Source: a virus. Taken from it: 64,000 bases of DNA. The translations under genes were made by a program, and so were the position numbers. The stretch is taken from positions 1-64,000 of the IMG/VR virus record IMGVR_UViG_3300033183_000058; one strand, 5' to 3'. This document shows, one piece after another, positions 18,136 through 30,100 of this stretch (position 1 is the first letter of the stretch; every line of letters begins with the position of its first letter). The notes beneath the pieces are model-generated. The model ran no database searches. It saw only the letters and a program-made list of their open reading frames with translations, and was not told the origin of the DNA.

Positions 18136-21100
18136 CTATGAATTTTCACCCCTTAAGAACTTAGCAGGCACTGTGTTAGCATCCTGTAAACTCTTAGTAG
18201 TTCTTACAGTTGATCCATCATCTACTGTAGGTAGTTCATACAATGTTTTATTGTATGCGTAATCTAGTTTTGTTCCTAGTGATGTATCATAAACTACTGC
18301 GTCTACTGCATGAGCTGATGCACCTGTTCCTGCAACTCCTCTACGCAGTCCGCTGATAGTATTATTAGTTACATCACGTTCTCTGTATGTTATGCGTTCG
18401 CCGTCTATTGTAACAACACCAAAGATATTATTTGCTAAGTCTGGTGCTGAAACTTTTGAAGCATCTTTAAGATAAATTGTGTCAGCATCAGCTGTTAGTG
18501 CCTGTGCTAATTCTGTTCTATAATCCTTGTTGGTTCTATAGATAACATTGTTGTCTCTCATATCTTTAAAGATTGCAAAGTCTAGTGTATCTGGAACTTG
18601 TTTTTCAGTTTGTAGAGTTACTACAACTACATCGTTATCACTAACTGTTGTTGATAGGAACTCAAGAGTCTGACCGTCTGCATTAATTCTCCAATCACGG
18701 CCAAGGTATTTGCGTAGTCCGTTAACAGTTACACGTAGTCTATCTGGACGTGTAATTGTTCTATCTAAATCGTATTGACTTAGATCAGTTACTTGTCCTG
18801 TAGTTTCGTCAAACGTGGCACTGTCAAATCCTGATGCTTCTGAATCAAAGCCAACTGTTAACACTGATCCAATCGCTGTTGGTCCATTGAAACATCTTGT
18901 TAATATGTCAAGCTCACTTGTATTGTTGTCTGTTGTTACTAGAATTCTTGCACCAGTAATAGGAGCAGTGTTAAATGTAATACGATTCAATGAATCACTT
19001 ACTGGAACACCTGAGTATGATATCTTATACTCTGCTGATGTTTCAACAAAGATTTTAATATCTGCATCTGCATCTGGAACTTCGTTAAGTTCAACATATC
19101 TTATTGAACTAGCATCTGCAGGACTTAGTGTAAAGTCTTCATACAATTTAAGTTCTTTATAGTCAACAAACACATGGACATCGTTATCAGCAATTAATGT
19201 TTGGAATAGATCTTCTGTTGTTTTCCAGTTTGTTAAATTTAAATAGTATATTGCACTTGAGCCATCTGCTGTAAACTCTAATCCTTCTGCAGGTGTTAAA
19301 CGTTTACCATCTACTTCAACAACTGCTGTGTATGCGTTGTGACCTTGAATATCATTTTCTAATACAAACTCTGTGGTTGTATTATCACCATACATAATCT
19401 GTGATGTTGGGTGACTTGATGAGTGAGGTAATGATTCATCATGTGTTACATAGCCTGGAATACTTGAAGGATCTCTACCATCGTAACCAAATATAGCAAC
19501 AGCCATATAGTCACCATCTTCTAGTGGTTCAGTGCTAAACTCTTTAACTTTATCCCAATCCGATGTGCCATTGTTATCTAAATCTTGATCACCAAATGTA
19601 ATTCTTGTAGTATAATCATCTACTTCACGGAAAGTATAATTTGTTACTCTTGATCCGTTGACTTTAATCATTGCTTCGTAGATTTCATCAAATGCTACAG
19701 GAACATCAATGTAAGCGCCTTCACTTGAATCATCTATTAATATATCTCCTACATCATAGTTGTCAACCCATAGTTGATTGCCACCGCCAATACCATATGA
19801 TTCAATTCTTAAAACATCACCAACTGAAATGTTGTTGCCGTTAAATGTAATTGTTTTGTTTAACCAATCTACTGTATAGTCTACAGTATTTTCTGCAGGT
19901 GTTACATATTCAAATCTCAATGTAAGTCCTGTTGTAGCATTAAATGCTCTAACAGCAAATGGATTTTCAACTAAGTTAGCAAAACTAAATGTTGATTCAA
20001 CACCAGTATACTCAAACATTTCTGATTTAAATGGAGCACCGTGGCCATCTTCGTTGTAATCAAATCCAGGACGTGTAAACACTTTGATGTTTAATGTATC
20101 AAAGATAGAACTTGGAACTAGCTCTTCAGGTGAATGACTTGAATATGTGTCAATGTAAGCACCTCCATCAACATTGATATCACTTACCTGAGTTCCTAGA
20201 TATGTATCTGTATAGTCACCCGGAGCATACTTAGTATCCAACAGTGATGGACTGTATGTTGGTTCACCTTCGTCACCAAAGTCTAAGTTATCATATGGGT
20301 TAATATCATAATTGCCTATGTCAAAACCTGTGTTCTGGCTGTATAGAACACCTTTAACTTGAACGCCTGGATAATCAATACCTGCTATCAATAGGCCTAG
20401 ATCAATACCTGGCTCATCTACTGCTGGTGTATAATAACCTCTGGTTCTATTAACGCCTGTTAACTCATCTGCTGTTACTAATTCAAAGTCATCTGGATCA
20501 AATGTTGCACCAGAAACAACTAATGCAGAGTCATCTTCATTCTTAGCTCTGTAAACTTTGTTATTGTATCTTACTAGATCACCTGCATCATAAGTTTCAT
20601 TTGCTTCCCAGTCAACAATTTCTGATTGATATTCATATCTATCGTATTTGATTGTTGTTTTATATGAACGCACTGCACCAGGGCTAGTAATAGCAACTGC
20701 TGTTGCACCTGAGCCCGAGCCGCCTGATATTGTAATTGTTGGTGGTTCTGTATATCCTTCGCCTGCGTTTACAACTTCAATTTCAACTACTTCGCCTGCT
20801 GTGTTAATTCTTGCTTTCAACACTGCTGTAGTTGTTGCTGTGCCTGTAACAGTAACTTCAGGTGCTGTTAAGTAACCTGAGCCACCTTCTGTAATTGACA
20901 CAGAGTCAATACTCAACGAATAGTTGTTATACCATGATGTATAGTTACCTGTTGACCAAATGTTAGCAGTTGATGGGTAACTACCTACTTTGCCATCATC
21001 GCTTAGCCTTGGGCTAATAAATGTTGTTTCTACTTCATCATACTGTGCCGGTAAATCAAAGTCTGTAGCATCACCGTAGAACAATTCATCACCGTTATAT

Positions 21101-24100
21101 TTTAGAGTAAACTCTTTGATCTGAACATGATAAGGTTTAACTTCTTCAATATACTTCTCAACGAACTCTTGATTATCAACTTGGTAAATGTCGTATGGTA
21201 TTAAGTCTCTTAGAGTATGCTGTATGTCAACCAATGAAGTTTTCATTAACCAGTTAACAGCAGTTTGTTCACTCTTGATATATTCAAATGTTAAGTTAAT
21301 TAAGTCAATTCTATGATCTGCAAGATCGTCAATTAGTATTTCATCATTGATTGATTTAATAATTTGTCTAGTTTCAACGACTGGTTCTGCATCAAAATAT
21401 TGTGCGTCAAACACTTCAACATCAAAGCCGTTACGTCCTGTAGAATAATCATAAACACTAGTATTAATTGCAATAGTGCCGTCTTCTAAGCCAATACGAC
21501 TCCAGCCTGTTGCAGTTCTTTCATACAATTCAAACTTACTATCTGCATTAGCTGTAACTTTAACTATATCACCTTCAACAACAAGATTTTCAACAGTTAC
21601 TAGTCTAGAGTATGATGCTACTTCTTCCTTAGGTTTATCTAAACTTGAATAGCCCTCAGCATACCAATCAACATATGACCAATAGTTTGATGTTTTATAG
21701 TTTTGAACTCTGGTTAATAATAAAGAATCATCTGCTTGAACTTCGTAGATAGTCCATAAGTTGCCATTTGTTGAATCATTAACAACAAGATACTTGTAAC
21801 CAGTTGCTACTAATTTTAGATTTTGATAAGTTAGTTCATCGTAAGTATTAAGTTTTTTATCCCATGCACCTGACCCACTAGCAGGTGTTGCTTCTTCACT
21901 TGCTAATATATCAAGTGTTCTCATTTCTGTAATAGGATGTTCTGCAAACACTTTATTTGCTCTTGTGATATAGTTTTTCAATGCAGTGAATCTATCTTCA
22001 AACATTGATTGTCTTGGACGGAATTCTACACCGTAAGAATCTGCTTCGCTTAAGAATGGATCCGGCACTTTATTGCCAATTGAGTCAACACCTGCATAAC
22101 TGTCAACAAACTTTTTATATAACTGTGTGCTTAAAAACTCAGTTGGGTCATTTGTTTTAATTAATTCATATTCAACGTGAACATTGTTATCTGTTTTAAC
22201 TTTATCAAATTCAACATGTAAGATTCTATCTTTAGCACTTAGATATTCTTGTGAATTGTATAGTGCCAGTGTTGAACTGTCTAATGGTGTAAAGTATGCA
22301 ATACCACTTGACTTAGGATCTTCAGTATACTGTTTCATTGTTAACGAACTTAGAGTTTTACCTCGACCTACATTTGGATTATCTTTTACCCAGAAATAGT
22401 ATTTGGTTTCTATTGTTCCACTAACAGCAACGCTTGTTTTAACTACAAAGTTTTCAGTAGATAATACCTGTCCTTGACCACTATACTGTGCAGGCGGTTG
22501 TGAACTTTCTGTCCACTCATAGAACTCTGCCACAGACCCTTCAAACAGTTGTCCTAATCGTTTTGCTCTGTATTCTGAATCACCTTGATAGTAGTTGATA
22601 AATCTAATATTTTCTGTGTTCCACCATATTTTACCAACTGATTCAGCACCCCATGTTTGTCCTGAATTATTAACAGCACCTAGGTTGTATTGTGCAGGAT
22701 CTGTTGGTCCTATGATATCAATATTTTGTCTAACTGCACCAAGTATTTTACCCTGCAGTGGATCAAAGTGATCTAAGTTTGCTTTAACTTCTTTATCAAG
22801 TCTGTCATAGATAAAGCCTGTGTTAATACGATCAATATCAACTACTGATTCTTCTTCTCTGATTACTTTCCATGCAAACTCTCTATTTGGATTATCCCAG
22901 ATTGCTATTCTACCAACAGTTGATGATCCATCGCCAGCTGTGTGTCCTGGACTTGTAACAATAACTGAGCCTGACTTATAATCAACAGCATGACCAAACT
23001 CTGCTAGTTCACTGACTACAATGTCTGATATTTGTTGTCCAACCACAAATTTACCTGGGTTACTAATAATATCAGGAGCACTGCTTAGATAATCAAATGT
23101 GTAAACTGACCCGCTTTGTGTAACAACTTCTTTAATTTCGGTAGCGTTACCGTCGAATTCAGTTGTTTCTGAATCAAATGTTGTTGGTAATTGGCTAACA
23201 CCTCTTGGCGAACCAACTACTAGTGTAAGTGCATCTGAACTAACCGATAGGCTCTGACCAAATCTCGAATTATTAACCGGAACTGGTGATGTAATAGTCT
23301 GCACCGATTTAAATATTTCTAAACCTAGATCATCAAGTGCATCACTATTATCACCTGCAGGATAGACATAAAGTTTGTTTGACACTGCTCCTGCATTGAT
23401 ATTTGTTAGACTAATTGTTAGTTTGTTGTTAGTTTTTGTTGCTGTTACATTTGGTATTACAGCATCATTAATATCTTCAACAACTTGATCTAATGTTGTT
23501 CCTGTAAACTCTACAACAACGTTGTTGATTCTAATTTTCTCACCCTGTGTAACAGTTGGGTTTGCTACAGTGCCTGTGATAGTTCCGTAGAGCCTTGATT
23601 GATTAACTGCACGTTGCACTGATCCTTGTTCTGGCCCAACTAGGCTATCGTATGGTGCTGACGCATACAGTGAGCAGTTAGTTGGACATATTGTTACATC
23701 ATAACCAAACTCTGCATCTGCTGATGATTCTGTTTTTGTAACTGTGTCTAACAACATAAAGTTGTTGGTTTCAATTTCAACAAAGTCGCCTAGATTAGGT
23801 GCTGTGTCGAGTGTAACTGTGCTACCTGACAATGTATATGTTCCACCGAGGTAATGTGCTTTATTAGTTAAGTATTCACCATTGATCGAAACAGCAACTC
23901 TGCCCTGTGGTGATTTATCTGACACGTATGTTTTGTCAGTGTCATCTGTTACTACAATTCTTTCTACATCTCTGTCATAGACATAAACTTTACCTTCTCC
24001 ACCTGCTGTTCTAGCACCAACAATAACTTGTCTACCATCTGTAGTAGTTGCTAGACTATATCCAAAGTCTTCGCCCACTGACCCAACAATACTTGATACA

Positions 24101-27100
24101 TATTCAAAGTAATCACTTGAACGAACCGTTATAGTTGCACCGTCTGCTGGTGCATTTTCAAATGTAAATGTATCACTAGAATCATAACTAAAGTCAAAAT
24201 CAATTTTAGGAATTTGAACTATACCGTCAACTGTTACAAATATTGAATTAAAACCGTCTGCTGTATACAGGCCTGTAATATCAAATATTTCAGTTGATCC
24301 GTCACCAGTTAGTGTAACTGTTTCTCTTCTAGTTACTACAACAGTTTCGCCGTCGCCTGGAGCAGTGTCTAGTGTAAGAACACCTGTTGATGATACTGTG
24401 GACGTAAACGAATATTCATTTGTTTCTAATTCAACATTATTAACCACAACTACTAGTTGATCAGCGTCATCTGCTAATACAAAACCTGTTAAATCATACT
24501 GTCTAGTTGAACCATCGCCTGTTGATCTAAACTGTTGCACCTGTCTATCAACTCTTTGATAAGCATACACAGAATTCTTACCTGGTGCTGACACATAAGC
24601 CCAACGACCGTCATCTGATATTGCTACAGCATGTCCATAGTTTGCTTCATCATTAGCATCGCTTGGATTAACCATTAACTGGTGTTCAGAAATTTGATTT
24701 GAGTTTTCTTGTTTAAGAACCCAAACATATCCTTCACCGTTGTTCGATTCAGACGCACCTGCTAGTCCCCAAGTTTCATCTGCAAACGCTACGTCATTGC
24801 CGTAGCCTTCTAAGTTACTTGCTGAACTACCTGTTAGTATCGAGTTTTGTGCAAATTTATTATTAGCCGTTTCAACAAATGTAAACACAGCACCATTGCC
24901 GCCATCATAATTATCAGCACCTACTAGAGCAGTTAAATTGTTTGCATTTTGTGCTACACTTGAGCCAAAATTAGTATTAACTAGATCTTCGTCTGTTACA
25001 GTATTTTCATAAACACCGTATGGTTCAAATGAATTTTGTTTTTCAAATGGGTTTACTTTTTCAATGACCTGCCACTTATCTGAACCGTTATCATTAATCC
25101 AAACTCTATTACCTGGATCTAGTTCATTGGCAAATGGCAAATCAGCAGTGTCACTTGGTTGTGCCACTCTTACTGAATTTAACTTAAACACTACACCTTC
25201 AGATTCAACTACTGTGATATCTGCTGGTAATGATTGTAATATTGTTACTTTGTGCAGTGCTGGAACTGATTGCACTCTATAGGCAAAGTTTATTGCGGCA
25301 TCAAAGAATCTTACAATAATGATATCATCTTTGGCTAACCCATGATTGCCCTGGAATGATAATGTAGTTGTTCCATCTAAATTGTCTGTTGCTGACAACA
25401 ATGTTGGTTCAACTGTTCCTGCTCTGTATATGTTCCAATCATGGCTATTATCTTTAGCAACCCATATTGTTGTGCCTTCGCCTAGTGTTTCTAAGTATGG
25501 AGTAATTAATCCTAGATTACTTAAATCCCATGTCTGTATATCTACATCATCTGTGTTAACGTATCCTGCTGTTGATAAATTATTTTCGCTTGATACATAT
25601 TCAACTGTTGGTAAAACATTTGCTGATGTAATTTTATAACTTTGTTTATAAATGTCAGACAATATAACAGTTTGATCAACATCTGTTCTTGAATCGCTTA
25701 CTGCTAGTCCTGTTGTTGCAGGGTTTGCACTCATTAAACTTTCATCTAAACGTAGTTCATAGAAACTTCTATTTGCTGATGCACCATATGTGCCTTGTTT
25801 AACTGCCCAATTTTCTGAAACTGAATAGTCTGCTAATTCCTTAGGTAGTCTTGCTGATTTAAATAGATCAACTGCTCTATTGGTTCCTTTATTACCAATA
25901 AAGTTTTCATATACACGAACCTGACTGATGTCAGTTAGACCCATGTTAGTCATGTAGTCACGTTCACTAAAGCCCACTAAGTGGAAACCAAGTTGATCAG
26001 CATCTGTTTCTAAGTTTGCTATGTTATGATCATAGTAGTTGCGTAGTTGATCTGTTTTAAGATTTAAGTTAGGTAGTAGACCTTTCTTAATTTGATCATA
26101 TTCTGTTTCTAACCATTTTGAATAATCAAATGTGTCGCTAGGTGGAACTGATTCTGCCGCGGCATAATATTGATTTTTATATAAAACTATGTCACCTTTA
26201 GCATAGCGTTTTATGCCTGCCCATTCAACAACATTGTCAAAGTTAAATATAAAGCCTTGTGCTTCAATGTTACCGTTCCAATCACCTGTGTTGTAACCTA
26301 CAACTTTTAATCTATTCTGTCTTGAACCGGTGATTGGATCATATATTAAGTCATTAAAAATACTTGAGTTATCAAACACTAGAACATGTTCATAACTTGT
26401 CATCTTCATCTTAGCATATGATATAGCATTTTCATTTACAGTTTTAACTTCAAATTCATTTTCTTGTCGATTAAACACTAGATCACTGTTTGAAATTGCT
26501 CTAAGGTTTTGATTTAAAATAAAGTCATCTGCTGTCTGACCTGTAATTGGTGCAACAACTGTATTATCTTTTTGTAAATATAATCTATTTGCATTAGGGT
26601 TAATGTTAATCAATGAACCTGTGGTCCAGCCTTGTTGACTCCAGTAGAGGAATTCACGAATCATTTGTGTCCAGTCAAGCAAGTAAGCATTGTCTACATC
26701 ATCAAATACCATGCCTTTTGCTTCTAGGTATCGACCGTAACTTATTAAGAAGTCACACATTGTTGAGCGACTAGTAAACACATAACCATATGGTATTCTT
26801 GTAACTGCTGTTTCGTAATCACTTGAAACTCTAACAGACTCTGAACCTACTGAAATTGTTTTATAGTTGCCATTTGGAATACTTGTAAATATTTCAAAAT
26901 ATGGGTCTAGTTTTGAATTACCGTATACTGCCCAGCCATCGTCGGTTTTTTGTATAATAACTGATGAATATTCTACTGTATCAAATACTTCGTTATTGTG
27001 TAAGAATATTTCATAACTTTCGTCAGGTAATAGCAAACTTGTATTGTTTGAATTAGGTGATGTTTTTTCAGTAAAGATTTTTAAGTATTCTTTGTCTGAA

Positions 27101-30100
27101 TAACTAGCCATTCTATAGGTCAGTTGCACATCCATGTTGTCTAGTGTTTCTTCGATCGCTGTGTTAGTATCTATACCTTGTTTACGAGCATAATCTACTG
27201 ACCAATTAATGTAAGAATGTTTAGGAGTGTCTGCACCGTATATAACTAGGTCGCTGGTTGTAATTCTTGAACGACCGTTATATAAAATTTGATCTAATCC
27301 TGAATCACGTTTGTATAAATCTCTATCTGCATTTAGTGCAAAAAACTCTGCTGGTTTAGTTAATGCTAGTAAACGCATTACAGCAAATGGATATGCTGAT
27401 GACTTACGCCACGCAGATTCTACTGGGCCTTGATCACCAACTACCCAAGACTTCTTAAGACTTAGACTGTCATAGTTACCAGTCATTGTATCAAATGCTG
27501 TTTTTAACTCGCCTTCATCTGTAATAGGTAATACTGATGATAGTCCTGTTCGTTTATATTTTTCGTCTACAGTGTATGAGTCTGTGCCATCCCAGATTCG
27601 GCCTGCTTCTAAATCGTCCCAAAGAACTTCGTTGCCTGATGTATAAGGTGCTGGGCCATATTTGGTATTCCACCAACTTGGTTTTTCTGTAAAGCCAATC
27701 ATTTCCCACGGACGAACATGTGGACTATCAGTGTCATAAAAGTCATTGAATATACCTCTCCAATGTCCTAGTAGTAGTTCACCGTCTACTGTATCCTGTG
27801 CCGATGAATAGTTCCATGTCTTCTGATCATCAGCATCATAATCTTGATCTTTATAGTCAAGTCTATTCCATGCCACCCATGATAAGAAACTTGTTCCTAA
27901 TATGTCTGTGATCTCTGCCTGTGTGTAGTCTGTTGTTCTAAATTTACCTGGAGCAACATCTTGGTAGCATAATGGTATTGTATTTGTTAAATCAACTTTA
28001 ATGTTGTTGTAGATACGTTTTTCAAATTCTAATAATAAATCATCTCTAGCATCACCAAATGCTACAGTTCTTGACCCATCATGTCCAACAATTACATTTT
28101 TTGTTTCTGTATATGTGTCATCGCTGACTATTTCTGGATCGTAACGACCATACAAACCTAGTTTAGTAGGTGTGCTAGGAATATATGAACCTGCTGTCGA
28201 TTCATATTCTCTGATTACTAAAACATCACCAACTGCTAGTGTTTTTGATATATCAACTCGAGCCACATTAGCAGGAACTGTATAGTCTGTATTGTATAAT
28301 AACTGTTCGTCATTTAGGTAAACCAATAGACCTTTATAGTTTGCTTTGGTAAAGTCATAGGTCTGTGTAAGATCAAATATACTGTCATCAATTGCTGTTA
28401 CTGTGTATGTTGTTTCGGTGTAGACATCGCCACATGGTATTGTGTCTGACCAATAAAATGGCATTGAATTTTCTTTACCAGTATTAACAAATTGTATTGC
28501 TTGATCAAGTTGATCTCTTACAGTGCCTTGGAAATCATTGTTTGAAAATGCTTCGACTAGTTTCCATTTATATTTTTCATATTCTGTAGCGGCAAAATCT
28601 AAAGCCTTAAAGAAATTAATATTAGAATCACGCATAAATGTTGCGGCAAATTGTATTGGTGATCCCTGTTGAACAATTTTATTACCATAAGGAACAACAT
28701 CACCTAGATCTCTAATATTATTTTTACCTAAAACTGAGCCTGATAATTCTGTAATGTGCTGTGCTAGATCAATATAGTGATTTCTAATAGTGCCCAGTGT
28801 AATATCATTAAACGTTCCATTAACTGAATTATTTGCTAAATTATCAGGAACTTCATAAAAGCCTGCTGTTGATGCTAGGTCACTTTGTAATTTAACTACA
28901 ACATTATCTCCTGCAGTAGGTGTATAGTCTGTGCCAAATGTTACAGTGGTCTGTGTTGAGGATGTTGTATATGAATATCTACTTGGCTCTTGATAAACAT
29001 TGTTAACATAAACAATTACTGGATTTTCTACTGATGTTTTTGCAGGAACATCACAAATCAGATCAACTCCGGCCCAGGTAAATGTTAGAACTTGATACTG
29101 TATTGATTTGTTATTATGTTTTTTCCAACCTATTTCCTGATCATAGGCAGTTCTTGTTGTATAGTTATGAACAAAGCCAAAATTAATTGATTTAGTAGTT
29201 GATGTTGAATCTACAGTGTAGGTAAATGTGTCTTTTTCTAAATTATTATCAAATACAATATCGCCAACGTTGTCGATGTTTAAGTATTTTAATTTTTGAT
29301 TTAGTATAGGATCAACCGCGCCACTTCCATCTGCATAACTGAATAATTTAGTGCCTGTGAAATTTGTTGATGGATAATATGTATTATCGCCTAGACTGCG
29401 TCCATTTGAATCAAATATATCAAATAACGGTGATTGGTTTACTGATGTTTTTTGCTGTGCTTCTACCCAACTAGTGCCGTTGTATCTATATGCTTTACCC
29501 TGAAGTGTAGCACCACTTGAAAGATAAACAACTTGGTCTGTTGTTATTGATGCATCGCTGGCCTCAGTTAAATTAATAATTTTTGCAGTTGACGAAACAC
29601 CGTCTTGGTCAATTAATTCAACTTGATATATTTTATTTCTTACTTCAGGATCTAGATCATTGGCAAAAATAATTCTAGAACCTGTTACCAGACCGTAGCC
29701 ATCTGTTGAATATCCTGTCTTACCATTGACATTTGATAGTGCGTCTGTTTGATTTAAATCAATAATATCAATTTCTTCTAGTGCTTCTGTGCCATAGTTA
29801 TATAATCTTAATCCTGGTTTGAATTCTAACACAGGTCTTTTTGCTCTCAGATTCTGATCTAAGATTGCTGTGGTATTATTATATTCTGCTGTTTTTGTAA
29901 TTACATCAACATGGAACCAACGATTTGATCTTGTCCAGGCATTTTTATCTAGACTTGCACGATTAATTGTGTAGTAGTCTGCATCCTTTGGAGCATTTAA
30001 TGATTCGTCCCAAGGACTTGCGTCATATGCTGTTGAATCAAATGGCAGTGTTTCCGAATCGGTATATGTTTCTGGTGTTTTAAAATCTTCTACTGCTAGT